Positions 1-17,600 of a DNA stretch of 64,000 bases are shown here, piece by piece. Each line of letters starts with the position of its first letter. Position 1 is the first letter of the stretch. The stretch is from the NCBI GenBank assembly GCA_964016885.1, contig OZ024743.1:72106001-72170000 (forward strand), in the 5' to 3' direction. Position numbers and translations under genes: made by a program. The DNA comes from Eledone cirrhosa (taxonomy: Eukaryota). The notes under the pieces were generated by a model. It worked only from the letters and a program-made list of their open reading frames with translations, had not been told where the DNA came from and ran no database searches.

Positions 1-2625
1 GCTTTCTAAACATACAGCTACTTTCTACACATACAGCTACTTTCTACACATACAGCTACTTTCTACACATACAGCTACTTTTTACACATAGAGATAGTTT
101 CTACACATACAGCTACTTTCTACAAATAGAGCTAGTTTCTACACATACAGCTACTTTATACACATACAGCTACTTTCTACAAATAGAGCTACTTTCTACA
201 CATACAGCTACTTTCTAGACATACAGCTACTTTCTACAAATAGAGCTAGTTTCTACACATACAGCTACTTTCTACAAATAGAGCTAGTTTCTACACATAC
301 AGCTACTTTATACACATACAGCTACTTTCTACACATAGAGCTACTTTCTACACATACAGCTACTTTCTACACATACAGCTGCTTTCTACACATACAGCTG
401 CTTTCTACACATACAGCTACTTTCTACACATACAGCTACTTTCTACACATACAGCTACTTTCTACACATACAGCTGCTTTCTACACATACAGCTACTTTC
501 TACACATACAGCTACTTTCTACACATACAGCTACTTTCTACACATACAGCTGCTTTCTACACATACAGCTACTTTTCACACATACAGCTACTTTCTACAC
601 ATACAGCTACTTTCTACACATACAGCAACTTTCTACAAATAGAGCTACTTTCTACACATACAGCTACTTTCTACACATACAGCTACTTTCTACACATACA
701 GCTACTTTCTACACATACAGCTACTTTCTAAACATGCAGCTACTTTCTACACATACAGCTACTTTCTACACATACAGCTACTTTCTACACATACAGCTAC
801 TTTCTACAAATAGAGCTACTTTCTACACATACCGCTACTTTCTACACATACAGCTACTTTCTACACATACAGCTACTTTCTACACATACAGCTACTTTCT
901 AAACATGCAGCTACTTTCTACACATACAGCTACTTTCTACACATACAGCTACTTTCTACACATACAGCTACTTTCTACACATACAGCTACTTTCTACACA
1001 TACAGCTACTTTCTACAAATAGAGCTACTTTCTACACATACAGCTACTTTCTACACATACAGCTACTTTCTACACATACAGCTACTTTCTACACATACAG
1101 CTGCTTTCTACACATACAGCTACTTTCTACAAATAGAGCTACTTTCTACACATACAGCTACTTTCTACACATACAGCTACTTTCTACACATACAGCTACT
1201 TTCTACACATACAGCTACTTTCTAAACATGCAGCTACTTTCTACACATACAGCTACTTTCTACACATACAGCTACTTTCTACACATACAGCTACTTTCTA
1301 CACATACAGCTACTTTCTACACATACAGCTACTTTCTACACATACAGCTACTTTCTACACATGTAGCTACTTTCTACACATACAGCTGCTTTCTACACAT
1401 ACAGCTACTTTCTACACATACAGCTACTTTCTACACATACAGCTGCTTTCTACACATACAGCTACTTTCTACACATACAGCTGCTTTCGAACACATACAG
1501 CTACTTTCTACACATACAGCTACTTTCTACACATACAGCTACTTTCTACACATACAGCTGCTTTCTACACATACAGCTACTTTCTACACATACAGCTACT
1601 TTCTACACATACAGCTGCTTTCTACACATACAGCTACTTTCTACACATACAGCTACTTTTTACACATACAGCTACTTTCTACACATACCGCTACTTTCTA
1701 CACATACATCTACTTACTACACATACAGCTACTTTCTACACATACAGCTGCTTTCTACACATACAGCTACTTTCTACACATACAGCTGCTTTCTACACAT
1801 ACAGCAGCTTTCTACACATACAGCTACTTTCTACACATACAGCTACTTTCTACACATACAGCTACTTTCTACACATACAGCTACTTTCTACACATACAGC
1901 TACTTTCTACACATACAGCTACTTTCTACACATACAGCTGCTTTCTACACATACAGCTACTTTTTACACATACAGCTACTTTCTACACATACCGCTACTT
2001 TCTACACATACATCTACTTACTACACATACAGCTACTTTCTACACATACAGCTGCTTTCTACACATACAGCTACTTTCTACACATACAGCTACTTTCTAC
2101 ACATACAGCTGCTTTCTACACATACAGCTACTTTCTACACATACAGCTACTTTCTACACATACAGCTACTTTCTACACATACAGCTACTTTCTACACATA
2201 CAGCTACTTTCTACACATACTGCTGCTTTCTACACATACAGCTACTTTCTACACATACAGCAGCTTTCTACACATACAGCTACTTTCTACACATACAGCT
2301 ACTTTCTACACATACAGCTACTTTCTACACATACAGCTACTTTCTACACATACAGCTACTTTCTACACATAGAGCTACTTTCTACACATACAGCTACTTT
2401 CTACACATACAGCAGCTTTCTACACATACAGCTACTTTCTACACATACAGCTACTTTCTACACATACAGCTACTTTCTACACATACAGCTACTTTCTACA
2501 CATACAGCTACTTTCTACACATGTAGCTACTTTCTACACATACAGCTGCTTTCTACACATACAGCTACTTTCTACACATACAGCTACTTTCTACACATAC
2601 AGCTGCTTTCTACACATACAGCTAC

Positions 2626-5600
2626 TTTCTACACATACAGCTGCTTTCTACACATACAGCTACTTTCTACACATACAGCTACTTTCTACACATACAGCTA
2701 CTTTCTACACATACAGCTGCTTTCTACACATACAGCTACTTTCTACACATACAGCTACTTTCTACACATACAGCTGCTTTCTACACATACAGCTACTTTT
2801 TACACATACAGCTACTTTCTACACATACCGCTACTTTCTACACATACATCTACTTACTACACATACCGCTACTTTCTACACATACAGCTACTTTCTACAC
2901 ATACAGCTACTTTCTACACATACCGCTACTTTCTACACATACATCTACTTACTACACATACAGCTACTTTCTACACATACAGCTGCTTTCTACACATACA
3001 GCTACTTTCTACACATACAGCTACTTTCTACACATACAGCTGCTTTCTACACATACAGCTACTTTCTACACATACAGCTACTTTCTACACATACAGCTAC
3101 TTTCTACACATACAGCTACTTTCTACACATACTGCTGCTTTCTACACATACAGCTACTTTCTACACATACAGCTACTTTCTACACATACAGCTACTTTCT
3201 ACACATACAGCTACTTTCTACACATACTGCTGCTTTCTACACATACAGCTACTTTCTACACATACAGCTACTTTCTACACATACATCTACTTACTACACA
3301 TACAGCTACTTTCTACACATACAGCTGCTTTCTACACATACAGCTACTTTCTACACATACAGCTACTTTCTACACATACAGCTGCTTTCTACACATACAG
3401 CTACTTTCTACACATACAGCTACTTTCTACACATACAGCTGCTTTCTACACATACAGCTACTTTCTACACATACAGCTGCTTTCTACACATACAGCTACT
3501 TTCTACACATACATCTACTTACTACACATACAGCTACTTTCTACACATACAGCTGCTTTCTACACATACAGCTACTTTCTACACATACAGCTACTTTCTA
3601 CACATACAGCTGCTTTCTACACATACAGCTACTTTCTACACATACAGCTACTTTCTACACATACAGCTACTTTCTACACATACAGCTGCTTTCTACACAT
3701 ACAGCTACTTTCTACACATACAGCTGCTTTCTACACATACAGCTACTTTCTACACATACATCTACTTACTACACATACAGCTGCTTTCTACACATACTGC
3801 TGCTTTCTACACATACAGCTACTTTCTACACATACAGCTACTTTCTACACATACAGCTGCTTTCTACACATACAGCTACTTTCTACACATACAGCTACTT
3901 TCTACACATACAGCTACTTTCTACACATACAGCTACTTTCTACACATACTGCTGCTTTCTACACATACAGCTACTTTCTACACATACAGCAGCTTTCTAC
4001 ACATACAGCTACTTTCTACACATACAGCTACTTTCTACACATACAGCTACTTTCTACACATACAGCTACTTTCTACACATACAGCTACTTTCTACACATA
4101 CAGCTACTTTCTACACATACTACTGCTTTCTACACATACAGCTACTTTCTACACATACAGCAGCTTTCTACACATACAGCTACTTTCTACACATACAGCT
4201 ACTTTCTACACATACAGCTACTTTCTACACATGCAGCTAGTTTCTACACATACAGCTACTTTCTACACATACAGCTAGTTTCTACACATACAGCTACTTT
4301 CTACACATACAGCTAGTTTCTACACATACAGCTACTTTCTACACATACAGCTACTTTCTACACATACAACTACTTTCTACACATGCAGCTACTTTCTACA
4401 CATGCAGCCACTTTCTACACATACAGCTACTTTATACACATACAGCTACTTTCTACACATACCGCTACTTTCTACACATACAGCTACTTTCTACACATAC
4501 AGCTACTTTCTACACATACAGCTACTTTCTACACATGAAGCTACTTTCTACACATACAGCTACTTTCTACACATACAGCTGCTTTCTACACATACAGCTA
4601 CTTTCTACACATACAGCTACTTTCTACACATACAGCTACTTTCTACACATACAGCTACTTTCTACACATGCAGCCACTTTCTACACATACAGCTACTTTA
4701 TACACATACAGCTACTTTCTACACATACCGCTACTTTCTACACATAGAGATAGTTTCTACACATACAGCTACTTTCTACTCATACAGCTACTTTATACAC
4801 ATACCGCTACTTTCTACACATACAGCTACTTTCTACACATACCGCTGCTTTCTACACATAGAGATAGTTTCTACACATACAGCTACTTTCTACACATACA
4901 GCTACTTTCTACACATACAGCTACTTTCTACACATACAGCTGCTTTCTACACATGCAGCCACTTTCTACACATACATCTACTTTCTACACATACCGCTGC
5001 TTTCTACACATAGAGATAGTTTCTACACATACAGCTACTTTCTACACATACAGCTGCTTTCTACACATGCAGCCACTTTCTACAAATACAGCTACTTTCT
5101 ACACATACAGCTACTTTCTACACATACAGCTACTTTCTACACATACAGCTACTTTCTACACATACAGCTGCTTTCTACACATGCAGCCACTTTCTACACA
5201 TACAGCTACTTTCTACACATACAGCTACTTTCTACACATACAGCTACTTTCTACACATACAGCTACTTTCTACACATACAGCTACTTTCTACACATACAG
5301 CTACTTTCTACACATACAGCTACTTTCTACACATACAGCTACTTTCTACACATACAGCTACTTTCTACACATACAGCTACTTTCTACACATACAGCTACT
5401 TTCTACACATACAGCTGCTTTCTACACATGCAGCCACTTTCTACAAATACAGCTACTTTCTACACATGTAGCTAGTTTCTACACATACCGCTACTTTCTA
5501 CACATACAGCTACTTTCTACACATGCAGCCACTTTCTACACATACAGCTAGTTTCTACACATACAGCTACTTTCTACACATACAGCTACTTTCTACACAT

Positions 5601-8600
5601 ACAGCTGCTTTCTACACATACATCTACTTCCTACACATACCGCTACTTTCTACTCATACAGCTACTTTCTACACATGCAGCCACTTTCTACACATACAGC
5701 TACTTTCTACACATGTAGCTAGTTTCTACACATACAGCTACTTTCTACACATACAGCTGCTTTCTACACATGCAGCCACTTTCTACAAATACAGCTACTT
5801 TCTACACATACAGCTACTTTCTACACATACAGCTACTTTCTACACATACAGCTACTTTCTACACATACAGCTGCTTTCTACACATGCAGCCACTTTCTAC
5901 ACATACAGCTACTTTCTACACATACAGCTACTTTCTACACATACAGCTGCTTTCTACACATACATCTACTTCCTACACATACCGCTACTTTCTACTCATA
6001 CAGCTACTTTCTACACATACAGCTACTTTCTACACATACAGCTACTTTCTACACATACAGCTACTTTCTACACATACAGCTAGTTTCTACACATACAGCT
6101 AGTTTCTACACATACAGCTACTTTCTACACATACAGCTACTTTCTACACATACAGCTACTTTCTACACATACAGCTGCTTTCTACACATGCAGCCACTTT
6201 CTACACATACAGCTACTTTCTACACATACAGCTACTTTCTACACATACAGCTGCTTTCTACACATACATCTACTTCCTACACATACCGCTACTTTCTACT
6301 CATACAGCTACTTTCTACACATACAGCTACTTTCTACACATACAGCTACTTTCTACACATACAGCTACTTTCTACACATACAGCTAGTTTCTACACATAC
6401 AGCTAGTTTCTACACATACAGCTACTTTCTACACATACAGCTACTTTCTACACATACAGCTACTTTCTACACATACAGCTAGTTTCTACACATACAGCTA
6501 CTTTCTACACATACAGCTACTTTCTACACATACAGCTACTTTCTACACATACAGCTACTTTCTACACATGTAGCTAGTTTCTACACATACAGCTGCTTTC
6601 TACACATACAGCTACTTTCTACACATACAGCTACTTTCTACACATACAGCTACTTTCTACACATACAGCTACTTTCTACACATACAGCTACTTTCTACAC
6701 ATACAGCTACTTTCTACACATACAGCTACTTTCTACACATACAGCTACTTTCTACACATACAGCTACTTTCTACACATACAGCTACTTTCTACACATGTA
6801 GCTAGTTTCTACACATACAGCTGCTTTCTACACATACAGCTACTTTCTACACATACAGCTACTTTCTACACATACAGCTACTTTCTACACATACAGCTAC
6901 TTTCTACACATACAGCTACTTTCTACACATACAGCTACTTTCTACACATACAGCTACTTTCTACACATACAGCTACTTTCTACACATACAGCTACTTTCT
7001 ACACATACAGCTACTTTCTACACATACAGCTACTTTCTACACATACAGCTAGTTCTACACATACAGCTACTTTCTACACATACAGCTACTTTCTACACAT
7101 ACAGCTACTTTCTACACATACAGCTACTTTCTACAGATACAGCTACTTTCTACACATACAGCTACTTTCTACACATACAGCAACTTTCTAAACATGCAGC
7201 TAGTTTCTACACATACAGCTACTTTCTACACATGCAGCTACTTTCTACACATACAGCTACTTTCTACACATACAGCTACTTTCTACAGATACAGCTACTT
7301 TCTACACATACAGCTACTTTCTACTCATACAGCTACTTTCTAAACATGCAGCTAGTTTCTACACATACAGCTACTTTCTACACATGCAGCTACTTTCTAC
7401 ACATACAGCTACTTTCTACACATACAGCTACTTTCTACAGATACAGCTACTTTATACACATACAGCTAGTTCTACACATACAGCTACTTTCTACACATAC
7501 AGCAACTTTCTACAAATAGAGCTACTTTCTACACATACAGCTACTTTCTACACATGCAGCTACTTTCTACAAATAGAGCTAGTTTCTACACATACAGCTA
7601 CTTTCTACACATAGAGCTACTTTCTACACATACAGCTACTTTCTACACATACAGCTGCTTTCTACACATACAGCTGCTTTCTAAACATACAGCTACTTTC
7701 TACACATACAGCTACTTTCTACACATACAGCTACTTTCTACACATACAGCTACTTTCTACTCATACAGCTACTTTCTAAACATACAGCTACTTTCTAAAC
7801 ATACAGCTACTTTCTACACATACAGCTACTTTCTACACATGTAGCTAGTTTCTACACATACAGCTACTTTCTACACATACAGCTACTTTCTACTCATACA
7901 GCTACTTTCTAAACATACAGCTACTTTCTACACATACAGCTACTTTCTACACATACAGCTACTTTCTACAGATACAGCTAGTCTCTACACATACAGCTAC
8001 TTTCTACACATACAGCTGCTTTCTACACATAGAGCTACTTTCTACACATACAGCTACTTTCTACTCATACAGCTACTTTCTAAACATACAGCTACTTTCT
8101 ACACATACAGCTACTTTCTACACATACAGCTACTTTCTACAGATACAGCTAGTCTCTACACATACAGCTACTTTCTACACATACAGCTACTTTCTACACA
8201 TGCAGCTACTTTCTACACATACAGCTACTTTCTACACATGCAGCTGCTTTCTACACATAGAGATAGTTTCTACACATATAGCTACTTTCTACACATACAG
8301 CTACTTTCTAAACATACAGCTACTTTCTACACATACAGCTACTTTCTACACATACAGCTACTTTCTACAGATACAGCTAGTCTCTACACATACAGCTACT
8401 TTCTACACATACAGCTGCTTTCTACACATAGAGCTACTTTCTACACATACAGCTACTTTCTACTCATACAGCTACTTTCTAAACATACAGCTACTTTCTA
8501 CACATACAGCTACTTTCTACACATACAGCTACTTTCTACAGATACAGCTAGTCTCTACACATACAGCTACTTTCTACACATACAGCTACTTTCTACACAT

Positions 8601-11600
8601 GCAGCTACTTTCTACACATACAGCTACTTTCTACACATGCAGCTGCTTTCTACACATAGAGATAGTTTCTACACATATAGCTACTTTCTACACATACAGC
8701 TACTTTCTACACATACAGCTACTTTCTACACATGCAGCTGCTTTCTACACATAGAGATAGTTTCTACACATATAGCTACTTTCTACACATACAGCTACTT
8801 TCTACACATACAGCTACCTTCTACACATACAGCTACTTTCTACACATACAGCTACTTTCTAGACATACAGCAACTTTCTACAAATAGAGCTACTTTCTAC
8901 ACATACAGCTACCTTCTACACATGCAGCTGCTTTCTACACATAGAGATAGTTTCTACACATACAGCTACTTTCTACACATATAGCTACTTTCTACACATA
9001 CAGCTACTTTCTACACATACAGCTACCTTCTACACATACAGCTACTTTCTACACATACAGCTACCTTCTACACATACAGCTACTTTCTACACATACAGCT
9101 ACTTTCTAGACATACAGCTACTTTCTACACATACAGCTACCTTCTACACATACAGCTACTTTCTACACATACAGCTACTTTCTAGACATACAGCAACTTT
9201 CTACACATACAGCTACTTTCTACACATACAGCTAGTTTCTACACATACAGCTACTTTCTAGACATACAGCAACTTTCTACAAATAGAGCTACTTTCTACA
9301 CATACAGCTACCTTCTACACATACAGCTACTTTCTACACATACAGCTACTTTCTACACATACAGCAACTTTCTACACATACAGCTAGTTTCTACACATAC
9401 AGCTACTTTCTACACATAGAGCTACTTTCTACACATACAGCTGCTTTCTAAACATACAGCTACTTTCTACACATACAGCTACTTTCTACACATACAGCTA
9501 GTTTCTACACATACAGCTACTTTCTACACATAGAGCTACTTTCTACACATACAGCTAGTTTCTACACATACAGCTACTTTCTACACATAGAGCTACTTTC
9601 TACACATACAGCTAGTTTCTACACATACAGCTACTTTCTACACATAGAGCTACTTTCTACACATACAGCTGCTTTCTAAACATACAGCTACTTTCTACAC
9701 ATACAGCTACTTTCTACACATACAGCTACTTTTTACACATACAGCTACTTTCTAGACATACAGCTACTTTCTACAAATAGAGCTACTTTCTACACATAGA
9801 GCTACTTTCTACACATACAGCTACTTTTTACACATACAGCTACTTTCTAGACATACAGCTACTTTCTACAAATAGAGCTACTTTCTACACATAGAGCTAC
9901 TTTCTACACATACAGCTACTTTCTAGACATACAGCTACTTTCTACAAATAGAGCTAGTTTCTACACATACAGCTACTTTCTACACATACAGCTACTTTCT
10001 ACACATACAGCTACTTTCTACACATACAGCTAGTTTCTACACATACAGCTACTTTCTACACATACAGCTACTTTCTACACATACAGCTACTTTCTACACA
10101 TACAGCTACTTTCTACACATACAGCTAGTTTCTAGACATACAGCTACTTTCTACACATACAGCTACTTTCTACACATGCATCTACTTTCTACACATACAG
10201 CTACTTTCTACACATACAGCTACTTTCTACACATACAGCTACTTTCTACACATACAGCTAGTTTCTACACATACAGCTACTTTCTACACATACAGCTACT
10301 TTCTACACATACAGCTACTTTCTACACATACAGCTACTTTCTACACATACAGCTAGTTTCTAGACATACAGCTACTTTCTACACATACAGCTACTTTCTA
10401 CACATGCATCTACTTTCTACACATACAGCTACTTTCTACACATACAGCTACTTTCTACACATACAGCTAGTTTCTAGACATACAGCTACTTTCTACACAT
10501 ACAGCTACTTTCTACACATACAGCTACTTTCTACACATACAGCTACTTTCTACACATACAGCTACTTTCTACACATACAGCTACTTTCTACACATACAGC
10601 TACTTTCTACACATACAGCTGCTTTCTACACATACAGCTACTTTTCACACATACAGCTACTTTCTACACATACAGCTACTTTCTACACATACAGCTACTT
10701 TCTACACATACAGCTACTTTCTACAAATAGAGCTACTTTCTACACATACAGCTACTTTCTACACATACAGCTACTTTCTACACATACAGCTACTTTCTAC
10801 ACATACAGCTACTTTTCACACATACAGCTACTTTCTACACATACAGCTACTTTCTACACATACAGCTACTTTCTACACATAGAGCTAGTTTCTACACATA
10901 CAGCTACTTTCTACACATACAGCTACTTTCTACACATACAGCTACTTTCTACACATACAACTACTTTCTACACATACAGCTACTTTCTACACATACAGCT
11001 ACTTTCTACACATACAGCTGCTTTCTACACATACAGCTACTTTTCACACATACAGCTACTTTCTACACATACAGCTACTTTCTACACATACAGCTACTTT
11101 CTACTCATACAGCTACTTTCTACACATACAGCTAGTTTCTACACATACAGCTACTTTCTACACATAGAGCTAGTTTCTACACATACAGCTACTTTCTACA
11201 CATACAGCTACTTTCTACACATACAGCTACTTTCTACACATACAGCTACTTTCTACACATACAGCTACTTTCTACACATACAGCTGCTTTCTACACATAC
11301 AGCTAGTTTCTACACATACAGCTACTTTCTACAGATACAGCTACTTTCTACAGATACAGCTACTTTCTACACATACAGCTACTTTCTACACATACCGCTA
11401 CTTTCTACTCATACAGCTACTTTCTACACATACAGCTACTTTCTACACATACAGCTAATTTCTACACATACAGCTACTTTCTACACATACAGCTACTTTC
11501 TACAGATACAGCTACTTTCTACAGATACAGCTACTTTCTACACATACAGCTACTTTCTACACATACAGCTACTTTCTACACATACAGCTACTTTCTACAC

Positions 11601-14600
11601 ATACAGCTACTTTCTACAGATACAGCTACTTTCTACAGATACAGCTACTTTCTACACATACAGCTACTTTCTACACATACAGCTACTTTCTACAGATACA
11701 GCTACTTTCTACACATACAGCTACTTTCTACACATACAGCTGCTTTCTACACATACAGCTACTTTTCACACATACAGCTACTTTCTACACATACAGCTAC
11801 TTTCTACACATACAGCTACTTTCTACACATACAGCTACTTTCTACAGATACAGCTACTTTCTACAGATACAGCTACTTTCTACACATACAGCTACTTTCT
11901 ACACATACCGCTACTTTCTACACATACAGCTACTTTCTACACATACAGCTACTTTCTACACATACAGCTACTTTCTACTCATACAGCTACTTTCTACACA
12001 TACAGCTAGTTTCTACACATACAGCTACTTTCTACACATAGAGCTAGTTTCTACACATACAGCTACTTTCTACACATACAGCTACTTTCTACACATACAG
12101 CTACTTTCTACACATACAGCTGCTTTCTACACATACAGCTAGTTTCTACACATACAGCTACTTTCTACAGATACAGCTACTTTCTACAGATACAGCTACT
12201 TTCTACACATACAGCTACTTTCTACACATACCGCTACTTTCTACTCATACAGCTACTTTCTACACATACAGCTACTTTCTACACATGTAGCTAGTTTCTA
12301 CACATACAGCTACTTTCTACACATACAGCTACTTTCTACACATACAGCTAGTTTCTACACATACAGCTACTTTCTACACATACAGCTACTTTCTACACAT
12401 ACAGCTACTTTCTACAGATACAGCTAGTTTCTACACATACAGCTGCTTTCTACACATACAGCTAGTTTCTACACATACAGCTGCTTTCTACACATACAGC
12501 TACTTTCTACACATACAGCTACTTTCTACACATACAGCTACTTTCTACACATACAGCTGCTTTCTACACATACAGCTACTTTCTACACATACAGCTACTT
12601 TCTACACATACAGCTGCTTTCTACACATACAGCTACTTTTTACACATACAGCTACTTTCTACACATACCGCTACTTTCTACACATACATCTACTTACTAC
12701 ACATACCGCTACTTTCTACACATACAGCTACTTTCTACACATACAGCTACTTTCTACACATACCGCTACTTTCTACACATACATCTACTTACTACACATA
12801 CAGCTACTTTCTACACATACAGCTGCTTTCTACACATACAGCTACTTTCTACACATACAGCTACTTTCTACACATACAGCTGCTTTCTACACATACAGCT
12901 ACTTTCTACACATACAGCTACTTTCTACACATACAGCTACTTTCTACACATACAGCTACTTTCTACACATACTGCTGCTTTCTACACATACAGCTACTTT
13001 CTACACATACAGCTACTTTCTACACATACAGCTACTTTCTACACATACAGCTACTTTCTACACATACTGCTGCTTTCTACACATACAGCTACTTTCTACA
13101 CATACAGCTACTTTCTACACATACATCTACTTACTACACATACAGCTACTTTCTACACATACAGCTGCTTTCTACACATACAGCTACTTTCTACACATAC
13201 AGCTACTTTCTACACATACAGCTGCTTTCTACACATACAGCTACTTTCTACACATACAGCTACTTTCTACACATACAGCTGCTTTCTACACATACAGCTA
13301 CTTTCTACACATACAGCTGCTTTCTACACATACAGCTACTTTCTACACATACATCTACTTACTACACATACAGCTACTTTCTACACATACAGCTGCTTTC
13401 TACACATACAGCTACTTTCTACACATACAGCTACTTTCTACACATACAGCTGCTTTCTACACATACAGCTACTTTCTACACATACAGCTACTTTCTACAC
13501 ATACAGCTACTTTCTACACATACAGCTGCTTTCTACACATACAGCTACTTTCTACACATACAGCTGCTTTCTACACATACAGCTACTTTCTACACATACA
13601 TCTACTTACTACACATACAGCTGCTTTCTACACATACTGCTGCTTTCTACACATACAGCTACTTTCTACACATACAGCTACTTTCTACACATACAGCTGC
13701 TTTCTACACATACAGCTACTTTCTACACATACAGCTACTTTCTACACATACAGCTACTTTCTACACATACAGCTACTTTCTACACATACTGCTGCTTTCT
13801 ACACATACAGCTACTTTCTACACATACAGCAGCTTTCTACACATACAGCTACTTTCTACACATACAGCTACTTTCTACACATACAGCTACTTTCTACACA
13901 TACAGCTACTTTCTACACATACAGCTACTTTCTACACATACAGCTACTTTCTACACATACTACTGCTTTCTACACATACAGCTACTTTCTACACATACAG
14001 CAGCTTTCTACACATACAGCTACTTTCTACACATACAGCTACTTTCTACACATACAGCTACTTTCTACACATGCAGCTAGTTTCTACACATACAGCTACT
14101 TTCTACACATACAGCTAGTTTCTACACATACAGCTACTTTCTACACATACAGCTAGTTTCTACACATACAGCTACTTTCTACACATACAGCTACTTTCTA
14201 CACATACAACTACTTTCTACACATGCAGCTACTTTCTACACATGCAGCCACTTTCTACACATACAGCTACTTTATACACATACAGCTACTTTCTACACAT
14301 ACCGCTACTTTCTACACATACAGCTACTTTCTACACATACAGCTACTTTCTACACATACAGCTACTTTCTACACATGAAGCTACTTTCTACACATACAGC
14401 TACTTTCTACACATACAGCTGCTTTCTACACATACAGCTACTTTCTACACATACAGCTACTTTCTACACATACAGCTACTTTCTACACATACAGCTACTT
14501 TCTACACATGCAGCCACTTTCTACACATACAGCTACTTTATACACATACAGCTACTTTCTACACATACCGCTACTTTCTACACATAGAGATAGTTTCTAC

Positions 14601-17600
14601 ACATACAGCTACTTTCTACTCATACAGCTACTTTATACACATACCGCTACTTTCTACACATACAGCTACTTTCTACACATACCGCTGCTTTCTACACATA
14701 GAGATAGTTTCTACACATACAGCTACTTTCTACACATACAGCTACTTTCTACACATACAGCTACTTTCTACACATACAGCTGCTTTCTACACATGCAGCC
14801 ACTTTCTACACATACATCTACTTTCTACACATACCGCTGCTTTCTACACATAGAGATAGTTTCTACACATACAGCTACTTTCTACACATACAGCTGCTTT
14901 CTACACATGCAGCCACTTTCTACAAATACAGCTACTTTCTACACATACAGCTACTTTCTACACATACAGCTACTTTCTACACATACAGCTACTTTCTACA
15001 CATACAGCTGCTTTCTACACATGCAGCCACTTTCTACACATACAGCTACTTTCTACACATACAGCTACTTTCTACACATACAGCTACTTTCTACACATAC
15101 AGCTACTTTCTACACATACAGCTACTTTCTACACATACAGCTACTTTCTACACATACAGCTACTTTCTACACATACAGCTACTTTCTACACATACAGCTA
15201 CTTTCTACACATACAGCTACTTTCTACACATACAGCTACTTTCTACACATACAGCTGCTTTCTACACATGCAGCCACTTTCTACAAATACAGCTACTTTC
15301 TACACATGTAGCTAGTTTCTACACATACCGCTACTTTCTACACATACAGCTACTTTCTACACATGCAGCCACTTTCTACACATACAGCTAGTTTCTACAC
15401 ATACAGCTACTTTCTACACATACAGCTACTTTCTACACATACAGCTGCTTTCTACACATACATCTACTTCCTACACATACCGCTACTTTCTACTCATACA
15501 GCTACTTTCTACACATGCAGCCACTTTCTACACATACAGCTACTTTCTACACATGTAGCTAGTTTCTACACATACAGCTACTTTCTACACATACAGCTGC
15601 TTTCTACACATGCAGCCACTTTCTACAAATACAGCTACTTTCTACACATACAGCTACTTTCTACACATACAGCTACTTTCTACACATACAGCTACTTTCT
15701 ACACATACAGCTGCTTTCTACACATGCAGCCACTTTCTACACATACAGCTACTTTCTACACATACAGCTACTTTCTACACATACAGCTGCTTTCTACACA
15801 TACATCTACTTCCTACACATACCGCTACTTTCTACTCATACAGCTACTTTCTACACATACAGCTACTTTCTACACATACAGCTACTTTCTACACATACAG
15901 CTACTTTCTACACATACAGCTAGTTTCTACACATACAGCTAGTTTCTACACATACAGCTACTTTCTACACATACAGCTACTTTCTACACATACAGCTACT
16001 TTCTACACATACAGCTGCTTTCTACACATGCAGCCACTTTCTACACATACAGCTACTTTCTACACATACAGCTACTTTCTACACATACAGCTGCTTTCTA
16101 CACATACATCTACTTCCTACACATACCGCTACTTTCTACTCATACAGCTACTTTCTACACATACAGCTACTTTCTACACATACAGCTACTTTCTACACAT
16201 ACAGCTACTTTCTACACATACAGCTAGTTTCTACACATACAGCTAGTTTCTACACATACAGCTACTTTCTACACATACAGCTACTTTCTACACATACAGC
16301 TACTTTCTACACATACAGCTAGTTTCTACACATACAGCTACTTTCTACACATACAGCTACTTTCTACACATACAGCTACTTTCTACACATACAGCTACTT
16401 TCTACACATGTAGCTAGTTTCTACACATACAGCTGCTTTCTACACATACAGCTACTTTCTACACATACAGCTACTTTCTACACATACAGCTACTTTCTAC
16501 ACATACAGCTACTTTCTACACATACAGCTACTTTCTACACATACAGCTACTTTCTACACATACAGCTACTTTCTACACATACAGCTACTTTCTACACATA
16601 CAGCTACTTTCTACACATACAGCTACTTTCTACACATGTAGCTAGTTTCTACACATACAGCTGCTTTCTACACATACAGCTACTTTCTACACATACAGCT
16701 ACTTTCTACACATACAGCTACTTTCTACACATACAGCTACTTTCTACACATACAGCTACTTTCTACACATACAGCTACTTTCTACACATACAGCTACTTT
16801 CTACACATACAGCTACTTTCTACACATACAGCTACTTTCTACACATACAGCTACTTTCTACACATACAGCTACTTTCTACACATACAGCTACTTTCTACA
16901 CATACAGCTAGTTCTACACATACAGCTACTTTCTACACATACAGCTACTTTCTACACATACAGCTACTTTCTACACATACAGCTACTTTCTACAGATACA
17001 GCTACTTTCTACACATACAGCTACTTTCTACACATACAGCAACTTTCTAAACATGCAGCTAGTTTCTACACATACAGCTACTTTCTACACATGCAGCTAC
17101 TTTCTACACATACAGCTACTTTCTACACATACAGCTACTTTCTACAGATACAGCTACTTTCTACACATACAGCTACTTTCTACTCATACAGCTACTTTCT
17201 AAACATGCAGCTAGTTTCTACACATACAGCTACTTTCTACACATGCAGCTACTTTCTACACATACAGCTACTTTCTACACATACAGCTACTTTCTACAGA
17301 TACAGCTACTTTATACACATACAGCTAGTTCTACACATACAGCTACTTTCTACACATACAGCAACTTTCTACAAATAGAGCTACTTTCTACACATACAGC
17401 TACTTTCTACACATGCAGCTACTTTCTACAAATAGAGCTAGTTTCTACACATACAGCTACTTTCTACACATAGAGCTACTTTCTACACATACAGCTACTT
17501 TCTACACATACAGCTGCTTTCTACACATACAGCTGCTTTCTAAACATACAGCTACTTTCTACACATACAGCTACTTTCTACACATACAGCTACTTTCTAC